Below are positions 9,047-18,679 of a DNA stretch of 50,590 bases, piece by piece. The DNA is taken from the NCBI GenBank assembly GCA_050695815.1, contig JBOGSW010000223.1, forward strand, positions 1 through 50,590, in the 5' to 3' direction. Made by a program: the position numbers and the translations under genes. Positions within the stretch are counted from its first letter, which is position 1, and the number at the start of each line of letters is the position of its first letter. The DNA comes from Candidatus Limnocylindria bacterium (lineage in GTDB: Bacteria; Chloroflexota; Limnocylindria; QHBO01). A model generated the notes under the pieces. The model was not told the DNA's origin, searched no databases, and saw only the letters and a list, made by a program, of their open reading frames with translations.

Positions 9047-9892
9047 TCAACCGGCCGTCGCGGCGACCGCCTCCTCGATCAGCTTCACGAAGCGGCTCAC
9101 GTAGTGGGTGTAGGCGCCGGCATGGCTGGCGTCGTCAAAGCGCACCACTGTCGCTCCGGCACGAGCCGACATGAACTCCTGCGCTGCGGGGTCGATGATC
9201 AGGTCCTGGCCGGAGATCGCGTACCACGACGGCAGCGTCTTCCAGGCGACCGGACCGGACGGCTCGGTGAGCGCACCGAGGCCCGTCGCCCGCTGGCCAG
9301 CGTTGAGCTCGGCGGCCTTCTTCGGGCTCAGGTCCTGGCAGAAGAACTGGGGGAAGAACGCCGGGTCGATGAACGCGAACGGGAACGGATCGAAGATCAG
9401 GTGGTTCAGCGCCTCGGACTGCCTGTAGCCGTCCTGCACGGTGAACGCCGTCTCGCCCTCATCGGGGACGAGCCCCGCGGTGTAGACGAGCGCACGCACG
9501 TCGGAACGTCCGGCCCCGGCGTTGGAGATGACCATCCCGCCATAGGAGTGGGCGACGAGGATCTTGTCCCCGGGGATCGCGTCGAGCGTGGCCCGAACGG
9601 TCGCCACGTCGCCGCTGAGCGTCGCCTCTTCGAGTTCCGGCGTCGCGGTGGCGTAGCCGTCCTTCTGGAGGCCGGCCACGACCTGGTCCCAGCCGGACGG
9701 TGAGGCCCAGGCGCCGTGGACGAGCACGATCGTCGGGCGGTCGCCCGCGAGCACGGGCTTCGCCAGAGCCGTGGCCGGGAGCATGGAGAGCAGCAGCAAC
9801 GCGCACGCCGCGAGGGCGATCACGATCTTCGACGATTGGGCCCGCGCCCGACGATCATCGATCACTCGGGCCTGCACAGACATGGTGTTCAT
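9047..9892 (-). CDS. Alpha/beta hydrolase (secreted paralogue of 8192-8935)
   Basis: PTIVLVHGAWASPSGW and GHSYGG. N-terminal signal-like IVIALAACALLLLSMLPATALA. ATG at 9892 preceded by GAAGGAGAAGG. Confidence 0.8.
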   Translation of the reverse strand: MNTMSVQARVIDDRRARAQSSKIVIALAACALLLLSMLPATALAKPVLAGDRPTIVLVHGAWASPSGWDQVVAGLQKDGYATATPELEEATLSGDVATVRATLDAIPGDKILVAHSYGGMVISNAGAGRSDVRALVYTAGLVPDEGETAFTVQDGYRQSEALNHLIFDPFPFAFIDPAFFPQFFCQDLSPKKAAELNAGQRATGLGALTEPSGPVAWKTLPSWYAISGQDLIIDPAAQEFMSARAGATVVRFDDASHAGAYTHYVSRFVKLIEEAVAATAG

Positions 9893-9966
9893 TGGGTGAC
9901 CTTCTCCTTCGTGTTGCATGAGTGGGCGCAGACGCGCCCGGTTGACCGGGATGAACCGTCGAGGCG

Positions 9967-10764
9967 CTACGCCACGGCCGCCTTCGCGGCAGCGGCGGCG
10001 GCCTCACGCAGCCAGTCGTCGAGTCGGATCTCGCCGAGCGTCGCCTCGTCCCCTGGCACGAGGGTGCGTTCTCCCACCGCGATGCCGAAGTAGCCTGCCT
10101 GCGGGTCGGCCACGACCTCGCGTGGGTCGTTCTGGGCGGCGAGGACGCGTCGGATGACCGCGTCGAACCGGAGCTGCTCCGGCCCGCCGACCTCGACGAT
10201 GCCGTTCACTGGGGCGCTGGCGGCGGCCCGGGCGACGGCTTTGGCCACGTCGTCAGCGGCCATGGGCTGGAAGAGCACCGGTGGCACGCGGACGGTGTTT
10301 CCGTCGGTGGCGCTGTCGGCGATGCTCTTGCTGAACTCGAGAAACTGAGTGGCGTGGACGATCGTGTACGGGATCGACGAGGCCTGGATCAGCATCTCCT
10401 GGGAGAGCTTGGCCAGGAAGTAGCCGGCGGTAGTCGTCTCGGGATCGCCACCCTCGGAGAGGGCTTTGGTGCCAACCACCGATAGGGCGACGTGCTGCCC
10501 GACGCCCGCCTCCGCTTCGGCGGCCAGCAGGTTGCGGGTCGACGTCTCGAAGAACTCGAGGGCCGTCGCGTACTCGAAGTTGGGCGAGTTCGACACGTCG
10601 ACGACGACCGACGCGCCGTCGAGTGCACCGGCCAGCCCTTCGCCGGTGATGGTGTTGATGCCGAGCCTGGGCGAACCCGGAACGGCCTCATGGCCGTGCT
10701 CGGTGAGTCTGGCGACGACCTTCGAGCCGATGAGCCCGGTGCCGCCGATGACGACGATCTTCAT
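9967..10764 (-). CDS. NAD(P)-binding NmrA/SDR-like protein
   Basis: MKIVVIGGTGLIGSKVV Rossmann motif. SD GAGGAAGGA. Confidence 0.8.
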   Translation of the reverse strand: MKIVVIGGTGLIGSKVVARLTEHGHEAVPGSPRLGINTITGEGLAGALDGASVVVDVSNSPNFEYATALEFFETSTRNLLAAEAEAGVGQHVALSVVGTKALSEGGDPETTTAGYFLAKLSQEMLIQASSIPYTIVHATQFLEFSKSIADSATDGNTVRVPPVLFQPMAADDVAKAVARAAASAPVNGIVEVGGPEQLRFDAVIRRVLAAQNDPREVVADPQAGYFGIAVGERTLVPGDEATLGEIRLDDWLREAAAAAAKAAVA

Positions 10765-10785
10765 GATGGACCTGTCCTTCCTCTG

Positions 10786-11682
10786 CTAGGCCCGAGGGGC
10801 GGCTTGGCTCGCGGCCGTCGCCCCGCTGTCTCGGGTTGGCTTGGGTCGTGTCGCCGCCGGCTCAGCGCGCAGGAACGCCAGCAGCTCCGCGTTCACCTGG
10901 TCCTGGTGGGTGGCGGTGATGCCGTGGGGGGCGCCGGGGTAGTAGATGTCCTTGGCGCCGGGGATGATCCGGGCCGACTTCACGGCCGAGTCGCGGACCG
11001 GCACGATCTGGTCGTCCTCGCCGTGGAGCACCAACGTCGGGACGTCGAACTTCTCGAGGTCCTCGGTGAAGTCGGTCTCGGAGAACGCCTTGATGGACTC
11101 GTAGGCGCCCTTCAGGCCGGCCTGCATGCTCCACAGCCAGAACTGATCGAGGATCCCCTGGGAGACCTTCGCGCCCGGCCGGTTGGCTCCGTAGAACTGG
11201 ATGGCCAGGTCCTGGTAGAACTGCGAGCGGTCGTTGACCAGGCCGGTTCGCATGCCGTCGAAGACCTCCAACGGCAGGCCCTCGGGGTTGGCCGGGGTCT
11301 GGACCATGATCGGCGGCACGGCGGCGACGAGGACGGCCTTCGCGACGCGCGCCGTCCCGTGGCGGCCGATGTAGCGAGCGACCTCTCCGCCTCCGGTGGA
11401 GTGGCCGACAAGGCTGACGTCGGTGAGGTCGAGCGCTTCGATGACGGCGGCGAGGTCGTCCGCGTAGCCGTTCATGTCATTGCCGAACGAGGGCTGGCTG
11501 GAACGGCCGTGCCCGCGACGATCGTGCGCGATCGCCCGGTACCCGTTCTGGGCCAGGAACAGCAGTTGGCCGTCCCAGGCGTCAGCGTTGAGCGGCCAGC
11601 CGTGCGAGAACGTGACGGCCGGGCCCTCGCCCCAGTCCTTGTAGTAGATGTCGGTGCCGTCTTGTGTCGTGATCGTGCTCAT
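10786..11682 (-). CDS. Alpha/beta hydrolase, non-haem haloperoxidase/arylesterase-like
   Basis: [27 protein letters not shown]...HDRRGHGRS...GHSTGGGEV. Ala/Pro-rich C-terminal tail. Confidence 0.8.
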   Translation of the reverse strand: MSTITTQDGTDIYYKDWGEGPAVTFSHGWPLNADAWDGQLLFLAQNGYRAIAHDRRGHGRSSQPSFGNDMNGYADDLAAVIEALDLTDVSLVGHSTGGGEVARYIGRHGTARVAKAVLVAAVPPIMVQTPANPEGLPLEVFDGMRTGLVNDRSQFYQDLAIQFYGANRPGAKVSQGILDQFWLWSMQAGLKGAYESIKAFSETDFTEDLEKFDVPTLVLHGEDDQIVPVRDSAVKSARIIPGAKDIYYPGAPHGITATHQDQVNAELLAFLRAEPAATRPKPTRDSGATAASQAAPRA

Positions 11683-11775
11683 GTGGGTTTCCTTCCCGGA
11701 GCCCGGGGGGCCCGCGATGGCCTCGGGCGGATGTGACTCGATCGGGCGTAGTGCCTGGAACGGTGGTCAGTGGCC

Positions 11776-12219
11776 TCACCCGCTCTCTCGAGTGGAATCG
11801 CCCGCGGCATCGAGCCGGGGACCGGCCGATCGGCGAAGGAGGTCGGAGGTGGCGTTGCGACCCACCACCGAGCGGAACGGCGTGCGCAGCCTCACCGCGC
11901 CGTCAGCCTGATTGGCGTCGGCACGAAGCCTCGACCGCATCGCTGGCCCCGAGGCTCTGCCCCTGGCTGGTAGCGCCGAGTCGACGCGGTCATCCGCATC
12001 CGACGACCAGCGACCCGCGCGACCCAGCGCGCGCAGGAAGAGCAGGTGCGTGAGTTCCCGGACCGTCCACGGCTGCGAGGTGATCTCGAAGCCGTTCTTG
12101 AGGGCGGTGAGGTTCGCCGCTTCGGGTTCGTCGAAGCCCATCCGACGAAGGTGCCCGTAGGTGACGCTGATCAGCTCTGGTCGCGATCGGCGGATCTCTA
12201 CCCCGATTGTCGCCGTCAT
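11776..12219 (-). CDS. Hypothetical protein (about 70-aa folded N-terminus, Arg/Ala-rich tail)
   Basis: ATG with GGAG upstream. Lies downstream of the LAL regulator on the same strand. No family recognised. Confidence 0.4.
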   Translation of the reverse strand: MTATIGVEIRRSRPELISVTYGHLRRMGFDEPEAANLTALKNGFEITSQPWTVRELTHLLFLRALGRAGRWSSDADDRVDSALPARGRASGPAMRSRLRADANQADGAVRLRTPFRSVVGRNATSDLLRRSAGPRLDAAGDSTRESG

Positions 12220-12417
12220 GGTCCGTGCTCCGCATGTCCTCGGGTCTGTGCCACCGATGGCGGCACCGCGAGGAGGTGGATGCTCGGGCGACGGTCGCCT
12301 GGCGCTCTTCGGTCAGATGACCCGATTCGACGACGCGGGATGACTCGACTTAACGATCAGCTGGAGGCACGGGACGAGGGCGCGCCAACGGTCAAGGGAC
12401 CGCTCCCATGTGGACCG

Positions 12418-15216
12418 CTAGTTGCGCGGCAGCCGCTCCGGCGGGAGGGATGCGAGGGCGTCGCGAAGGGCCCCTCGGGTCGCGACTCCGAGCTTCGGGA
12501 AGGCGCGATGGAGGTGGCCGCCGACCGTCCGGTGCGACAGGAAGAGCCGCTCGGCGATCTGCTTGTTCGTTTGACCCGATGCCGCGAGGGTGACGATCTC
12601 GAGTTCCTGCGGCGTAAGCCGGTCCAGGACGTCCTCACCGGCGCGCGGCTTGTTCTGCCCCGTCGCCCGAAGCTCGGCAGTCGTGCGGTCCACCCATGGT
12701 CGGGCGCCCAGGCGCTCGAAAATGACGAACGCAGCGTTCAGCTGCACGCGGGCATCGGTCATGGCACGGCTGCGCCGCAGGCGCTCGCCATAGGCCAGCC
12801 GCACCCGGGCCAGATCAAACTGCCACCGGTCGATCCCCGGGATCGCCAACGTTGCTTGGAACAGCTCCAACCCGGTGTCATTAGGTGCCGTCATCGCGGC
12901 CGAAGCGCCAACCACGAGCGCGAGACGCGACGACAGCTGGGCGAGGTTTGCCTCGTGCATCGCGGCGACGTGCGCCGCCGCCTCGGCCTCGCGACCGGTG
13001 CGAACGGCGGCCTCGACGACGTCCAAGAGGACGGTGAGGGCGTGCGGGACGTGTGACGCGAGCGTGCCGGGCGGGCTGATCCTGCTCGCCTGCTGATAGG
13101 CCTCCTCGAAGTCGCCTCGGCCCAGGGCGGCGAGCCCTGTGGCCTGACAGGCATACCACTCGACCGCTCCGAACCCACGTGGACCCGCCCACTCCAGGAC
13201 GGCATCAAATTCCTGGGTCCGATGGTCGTCGCCGCGCGCCGAAGCAATCAATGCCAGGACTAGCTTGGCCGGCCACGCCAGCAGCCCGTAACCAAGCGAG
13301 TCGGCGAGCCGAACGGCCTCGTTGAGCAGTTCGTCCGATTCGTCCCAATCGCCGGTGAACCAGTCGTCGTAGGCGAGCACGATCAGGGCGTTGAGCCCGG
13401 ATGCGACCGCGCCGCCTTGACGTGCGTCTTGAACGACGCGCCAAAGCGCCTCTCGACATCCTCCCATCCGATCGATGTAGACCGTCGAGATCGCGGTCCG
13501 CACGATGTGGGTTGGATCCGATTCCTGGGCGAGTGCCGCGATCGACGCCTCGAGTCTCGCTACGTCCCTCAGCGCCGCGCGAGCTGGGTCGGCGTATGTC
13601 TTGCTGTGCTGGATCGCGGCAAGCGGGGCGCGCTCCGCCCGAGCGATCTCGTGGAATGGCTGCCACAGGTCGCCGCCGCCGCCGTAGTAACACACCATCA
13701 TCAAGGTATTGAGCGCCTCGTCCAGCAAGGGATCGGCGACGTCTTCGGCGTGGCCTCGGTTTTCGATGGCGCGGACGAGCAGGCGATGGGCGGTGGTGAT
13801 GTCGCCGTCGGCCATCAGCAGGAAGGTGGACGCGGCGATCGCCGCCTGGAGGGACCCCTCGAGCTCCGTGTCACCCCGCCGCAGGTCGGCGAGCACCTGG
13901 GAGGCATTGCCCAGGTCACCGGCCACGTCCGCGCCGATGTAGGCGGCCGCTGCCAGTCGCCGCCGACGGTCGGCGCTCCGCGGGCTGAGCTCGGACGAGC
14001 GGGTCAGCGCCTTGACACACCCGACGGCGTCCCCCCGGGCGAGGATTCGTCCCGCCGCCGCTTCGAGCTCGGCCGCCACGGCCTCGTCGGGCTCAACGGT
14101 CGCCTCGGCCAGGTGCCACGCCCGGCGCACGGGCTGGTCTGCCCACATTTCGGCCAGCGCGCGGTGTGCGGTGCGACGTTCTTCGGCCTGCGAGAGGTCC
14201 ACGACGGCCGACCGTATGAGGGGGTGGTGGAAGGCGAGCCGATGTGTCGTCTCGTCGAGGTACGCGAGTCGTACCCGCTCCGCCGGCGCGAGATCGCGAA
14301 AGCCGGCGTTGGTCGGCGCTCCCGCCTCCATGACGCGCACGTCTCCGGTGCCATCGAGCGCCATGAGCAGCAGGAGTTGCCGCGTCCGGGGCGGAAGCTC
14401 GGTGATCCTCGTTCTGAAGAGCGCCTGGAGCCGTCGACTGAGCGGCAGCGACGAAGGCAACGCCTTCGCCGATGCTCGCATCCCCGCGCTGAGCCCAACC
14501 GGCAGCTCCAGCAGGGCGAGTGGGTTCCCTTGGGCCTCGGCTAGGATGCGTTCGCGAACGGTCGGCCCGAGGTCGGGGAATCGCGTGTCGAGCAGCTGGC
14601 TTGCCGCCACCTCGTCGAGCCGGAGGACCTCGAGCTCGGGAAGTCCAACGTGATCGAAGAAGTCCTCCTCGCCCGTCCGCGAAGCACCGAGCAAGCCGAC
14701 CTGGCTGCCATCGAGGCGGCGCGCGACGAAGCTCAGCACGCCTGCGCTCGCTCGGTCCAACCAGGGCAGGTCGTCGATGATGACGATCAACGGTCGAGCG
14801 GTCCCTGCCTTGCGCAGGAGGACGAGGGCCGCGTTCGAGACGACGAGCCGGCTCGGGGGCGCGCCGTCGGCGAAGCCCAGCGCGACGTTGAGGGCGTCTC
14901 GGTGGACCGCCGGGAGCTGTGGCAACGCATCGAGCAGCGGGAGGAGAACCTGATTCAGGCCGGAGAAGCTCATCCCGGACTCGAACTGGATGCCGGCCGC
15001 ATGGAGGATCCGCGTGCCGGCGGCCGACGCGGATTCCGACGCGGCGTCCAGTAGCTCGGTCTTGCCGACACCGGGCTCTCCGGTCACCAGCAAGGCCCCA
15101 CCATCGGTCCGGGCGGTGGTCAGGAAGGCGCGTAGGCGGTCCAGCTCCGCGTCGCGCCCGACCAGGTGGTCGACGCTTTGGGGCTCGTCGAGCTTCGGGA
15201 CGTGGATGCCAGTCAT
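12418..15216 (-). CDS. LAL-type regulator (AAA ATPase + TPR-like region + C-terminal LuxR HTH)
   Basis: Walker A GEPGVGKTELL. C-terminal LTPQELEIVTLAASGQTNKQIAERLFLSHRTVGGHLHRAFPKLGV. Start is ATG at 15216 or TTG at 15288. Confidence 0.85.
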   Translation of the reverse strand: MTGIHVPKLDEPQSVDHLVGRDAELDRLRAFLTTARTDGGALLVTGEPGVGKTELLDAASESASAAGTRILHAAGIQFESGMSFSGLNQVLLPLLDALPQLPAVHRDALNVALGFADGAPPSRLVVSNAALVLLRKAGTARPLIVIIDDLPWLDRASAGVLSFVARRLDGSQVGLLGASRTGEEDFFDHVGLPELEVLRLDEVAASQLLDTRFPDLGPTVRERILAEAQGNPLALLELPVGLSAGMRASAKALPSSLPLSRRLQALFRTRITELPPRTRQLLLLMALDGTGDVRVMEAGAPTNAGFRDLAPAERVRLAYLDETTHRLAFHHPLIRSAVVDLSQAEERRTAHRALAEMWADQPVRRAWHLAEATVEPDEAVAAELEAAAGRILARGDAVGCVKALTRSSELSPRSADRRRRLAAAAYIGADVAGDLGNASQVLADLRRGDTELEGSLQAAIAASTFLLMADGDITTAHRLLVRAIENRGHAEDVADPLLDEALNTLMMVCYYGGGGDLWQPFHEIARAERAPLAAIQHSKTYADPARAALRDVARLEASIAALAQESDPTHIVRTAISTVYIDRMGGCREALWRVVQDARQGGAVASGLNALIVLAYDDWFTGDWDESDELLNEAVRLADSLGYGLLAWPAKLVLALIASARGDDHRTQEFDAVLEWAGPRGFGAVEWYACQATGLAALGRGDFEEAYQQASRISPPGTLASHVPHALTVLLDVVEAAVRTGREAEAAAHVAAMHEANLAQLSSRLALVVGASAAMTAPNDTGLELFQATLAIPGIDRWQFDLARVRLAYGERLRRSRAMTDARVQLNAAFVIFERLGARPWVDRTTAELRATGQNKPRAGEDVLDRLTPQELEIVTLAASGQTNKQIAERLFLSHRTVGGHLHRAFPKLGVATRGALRDALASLPPERLPRN

Positions 15217-15392
15217 TGGCGCTGGGGCAACCGGCAGACCTCTCGGGTGTCCGACCACCAGTCTGATCCTTTGCCTTGCGGAAGGCAAGAGTGAGCGACA
15301 CCCCGATTCGAGTCATCTGACGCAAGACGATCCGTGACCTCTGACCGAAGGATTGTCGCCTGACACACGAAGCAGGAGTCAATCGAACGGGC

Positions 15393-15788
15393 GTGCATGA
15401 CCCCGACGGCAAGATCGTTGTCACGAAGGTCAGTCCGTGGTCGATGGCCGACACCGTCGCTCGACTTTCGGCCGTCGTGGCAGCGCGGAGGATGAAGGTG
15501 TTTGCGGTGATCGACCACAGTGACGAGGCACGAAGGGATGGGCTTGTCTTGACGGCCACGAGGCTGTTCATCGTCGGCAACCCTTCGGATTCGACGCTGC
15601 TGATCGTGGCCGAGCCGCTGGCCGCCCTGGATCTGACCTTTCGAGTGATTATCTGGGTGGACGGATATCAAACGAAGATCAGTTACCCGTCACCGGCTGA
15701 GCTCGCCCGGCGGTACGGTCTCGACGGCGACTCGGCCGTCGCCCTTGAGAGCATCGAGGCGGTGATCAGCGCAGTGGTCGACCGCTAG
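15393..15788 (+). CDS. DUF302-domain protein
   Basis: About 130 aa. TVARLSAVVAARRMKVFAVIDHSDEARRDGL...IVGNP fits the DUF302 pattern. GTG start. Confidence 0.6.
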   Translation: MHDPDGKIVVTKVSPWSMADTVARLSAVVAARRMKVFAVIDHSDEARRDGLVLTATRLFIVGNPSDSTLLIVAEPLAALDLTFRVIIWVDGYQTKISYPSPAELARRYGLDGDSAVALESIEAVISAVVDR

Positions 15789-15823
15789 AGGAGGCACCCA
15801 ACCCGTCGCCCAAGGAGAACCAA

Positions 15824-16366
15824 ATGTCACACATCGCCGAGATCCGTCAGACCGACGGCACCGATCACGCGCAGCCGACCGTTCCGCAAGATTACCTTGC
15901 CGAGGTCGATCTCGAGTACGCCCGCTGGTCGGAGATCACCGCCCTCATTCACGTGCTGACGCCCGATGAGCGACTCGCTCCGGGCTACTTCCGCGATCCG
16001 GGCTGGAGCGTCAAGGACCTCGTTGCCCACATTGGGGCCTGGCTGGAGGAGGCCGCCACGCAGCTCACGAACATCGCCGCCCGCTCGTACGAGCCGCACG
16101 ACGTCGACGTCGACGCGCGCAACGCCAACCTGCTGGCCGCGACGAAGCAGGAGTCCTGGGAGACGCTGTGGACGCACGCGACCACGGCGCGGGCGTACAT
16201 GCTCCAGCACTGGTTCGCGCTGAACGGCCCGAGTGACGCCGCGAATTGGTGGGTACGCAAGGCCGGGGCGGAGCACTATGGTGAGCACCTGCCGCGGCTC
16301 CGGGCGTGGGTCGCTCAGCTCATCGACATCAGGACCCGCCCGCCGAGCGACGAGTGGGATTCGTAA
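15824..16366 (+). CDS. DinB/MDMPI_N-like four-helix-bundle protein
   Basis: WSVKDLVAHIGAWLEEA and a C-terminal HYGEH motif. ATG preceded by AAGGAGAA. Confidence 0.5.
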   Translation: MSHIAEIRQTDGTDHAQPTVPQDYLAEVDLEYARWSEITALIHVLTPDERLAPGYFRDPGWSVKDLVAHIGAWLEEAATQLTNIAARSYEPHDVDVDARNANLLAATKQESWETLWTHATTARAYMLQHWFALNGPSDAANWWVRKAGAEHYGEHLPRLRAWVAQLIDIRTRPPSDEWDS

Positions 16367-16392
16367 GGCACCAGCAGCATGAGGGACCGGCG

Positions 16393-16998
16393 ATGAGCTT
16401 CATCTCGCGGGGGTTTCAGCGCCGCCAGGCGCCGGCGGCGCCGAGCGACCGCCTGCCGCCCGGCCAGTACGTGACGCGGGACTTTCCGGTGCTGTCGGCC
16501 GGGCCGACGCCGCGCATCGGGCTCGACGACTGGCGGCTCGAGCTCGTCGGCGAGGTGGACCAGCCGCGCAGCTGGAGCTGGCAGCAGTTCACGGCCCTGC
16601 CGGCCGAGGAGATCACGGTCGACGTCCACTGCGTCACGAAGTGGTCGAAGCTCGACACCGCCTGGACCGGCGTCCGGGTCGACGCGCTGCTCGACGGGGT
16701 CGAGACGAGCGCCGGCTTCGTCGTTGCCCACTCGTACGGCGGCTACACCACCAACCTTCCGCTCGACGACCTGACCGGCGGGAGGGCGTGGGTCGCCTAC
16801 CGCTACGACGGCGAGCCGCTCGAGCCCGAGCACGGCGGCCCGGCCCGGCTGCTCGTCCCGCACCTCTACTTCTGGAAGAGCGCCAAGTGGCTGCGCGCCC
16901 TCGAGCTGCGCGCCGACGACGCCCCGGGCTTCTGGGAGGGCTACGGCTATCACAACTACGGCGATCCATGGCGGGAACAGCGCTACTCCGGCGACTGA
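16393..16998 (+). CDS. Sulfite-oxidase-like molybdopterin-binding oxidoreductase
   Basis: FPVLSAGPTP...W.L.V.GEVD.P.SWSW..F..LP...ITVDVHCVTKWSK...PEHGGPARLLVPHLYFWKSAKW. ATG at 16393 after GAGGGA. Confidence 0.8.
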   Translation: MSFISRGFQRRQAPAAPSDRLPPGQYVTRDFPVLSAGPTPRIGLDDWRLELVGEVDQPRSWSWQQFTALPAEEITVDVHCVTKWSKLDTAWTGVRVDALLDGVETSAGFVVAHSYGGYTTNLPLDDLTGGRAWVAYRYDGEPLEPEHGGPARLLVPHLYFWKSAKWLRALELRADDAPGFWEGYGYHNYGDPWREQRYSGD

Positions 16999-17714
16999 CC
17001 TGGACGGTCGCCGAGGTCGTCGATCGCATTGACGAGACGCCTCGCGTCCGGAGCCTGACCCTTGCCGTCCCCGACTGGCCAGGCCACCTGCCCGGGCATC
17101 ACATCGACGTGCGCCTCACCGCCGAGGACGGCTACCAAGCTGGGCGCCAGTACTCGATCGCGACGCCGACGGACGGCACGCGCGTCACGATCACCGTTGA
17201 GCGCCTCGATGACGGTGAGGTTTCGCCCTACCTGACCGATGTCCTCAAGGTGGGCGACCGCGTGGAGCTTCGGGGACCGATCGGCGGCTACTTCGTCTGG
17301 GAGCCGAGCCGCGGCGGTCCGCTGCTGCTCGTTGCCGGCGGCAGCGGCGTCGCGCCGATCATGGCGATGCTGCGAGCGCGGCTCCAGGCGGGCAGCGACG
17401 TCCCGGTCCGCATGCTCCTGTCGTGGCGCTCCGGCGAGGACGTTATCTACGCCGATGAGCTCAACGCCACCGCCCGTGACGCGGCCAGGATCGAGATCAC
17501 CCACACCTTCACCCGATCGGCCCCGGATGGATGGATGGGGCGGACCGGGCGCCTCGACCGTGACGCGTTGGCGGACCTCGCCTGGGCGCCGTCCGAGCGG
17601 CCACTGGCGTACGTCTGTGGCCCGACCGGGCTGGTGGAGGCAGTCGCATCGGCACTCCTGGAGCTCGGCCATGATCCGGCACGCGTTCTGACCGAGCGAT
17701 TCGGTCCCACTTGA
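16968..17714 (+). CDS. FAD/NAD(P)-binding ferredoxin-reductase-type oxidoreductase
   Basis: RQYSIATP (RxYS FAD motif) and LLLVAGGSGVAPIMAML. Overlaps the preceding gene by about 30 nt. Confidence 0.8.
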   Translation: MAGTALLRRLTWTVAEVVDRIDETPRVRSLTLAVPDWPGHLPGHHIDVRLTAEDGYQAGRQYSIATPTDGTRVTITVERLDDGEVSPYLTDVLKVGDRVELRGPIGGYFVWEPSRGGPLLLVAGGSGVAPIMAMLRARLQAGSDVPVRMLLSWRSGEDVIYADELNATARDAARIEITHTFTRSAPDGWMGRTGRLDRDALADLAWAPSERPLAYVCGPTGLVEAVASALLELGHDPARVLTERFGPT

Positions 17715-17725
17715 GGATGAACTCG

Positions 17726-17986
17726 ATGACAGATGAAACGCACCTGGACGCCAATGCGCTCGGCGGCCTTTTGCAGGAAATATTCGGACGGGAGATGACC
17801 GATGCGCGCGGCTGCTGCGCCACGTGCGGGACGGTGAACCCTCTCGGCGCGATGCGGGTCTACCGCGGCGCGGGCGACGTCATGCGCTGCCCAACCTGCG
17901 GCAACCTGACGATCGTGGCGGTCATGATCCGGGAACGCACCCGCGTCCATCTCGGGGGCGTGCGCTGGATCGAACCAGTCGCCTGA
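17726..17986 (+). CDS. DUF6510-like Cys-rich small protein
   Basis: CxxC...CxxC (CCATCG...CPTCG). ATG at 17726 after GAGGA. Immediately follows the reductase. Confidence 0.6.
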   Translation: MTDETHLDANALGGLLQEIFGREMTDARGCCATCGTVNPLGAMRVYRGAGDVMRCPTCGNLTIVAVMIRERTRVHLGGVRWIEPVA

Positions 17987-18027
17987 CCGGCGAACAGGCC
18001 GGCGCTCGCGATTCGATCTACCTCCCG

Positions 18028-18480
18028 CTAGGCGCTTCGCCAGGACCGATATCGCGGCGGCCAGTCCGATGCGGTCTCGCGCTTGCCGAGCAGCGCGTGC
18101 TGAATGAGGAGCTCGTACAGCGGATAGCCCTCCGACACCGTGTAGAACCAGTCGGCGGCCGCCGCGGCGTGCAGAGCAGGATCGGTCACCAGGCGTGCCT
18201 GGCCCCGGACCATGAACTCGTGCGGATGCTCCGCATCCTGGTGCGCGTGCAGGGCGTAATGCTGGTTCGACTCGAGGTCGCGCGCCTTGGCCGAGTGGGC
18301 CTGGACGAACACGAGCAGGCGCCCGTCGCGGACCCCGACGTTCAGCGGATGAATCCGGGGCGTCCCGTTGGCCGCCACGGTGGTGAGAAACGCCTCACCG
18401 TCGCCGCGCTGGTAGAGCAGTTCCCTGCCCCTGGCGGCTAGGTCGGGCTCGGCTCGTGCAAACGCTTCCCAGCTCTCCAT
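18028..18480 (-). CDS. Pyridoxamine 5'-phosphate oxidase-family (split-barrel flavin/F420) protein
   Basis: FLTTVAANGTPRIHPLNVGVRDGRLLVFVQAHSAKARDL is a typical PPOX-family pattern. 150 aa. Confidence 0.6.
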   Translation of the reverse strand: MESWEAFARAEPDLAARGRELLYQRGDGEAFLTTVAANGTPRIHPLNVGVRDGRLLVFVQAHSAKARDLESNQHYALHAHQDAEHPHEFMVRGQARLVTDPALHAAAAADWFYTVSEGYPLYELLIQHALLGKRETASDWPPRYRSWRSA

Positions 18481-18679
18481 GGCCCCATGCTAGCGGCTCG
18501 CACGAAGTTCCCCTACAAGGCCCCGAGCAGTACGTCCGCGCATACCTCTCCGCCGTGATCGCTGATGGCATCGTCCGCGAATGGCGCGTTGCCGCCAGGT
18601 CGCGATCGGCGACTGCGATGCTGCACGACCTCCACCGGTCAGTGAGGTGGACTCCAGTTACCCCGCAATTGGCCAATTC

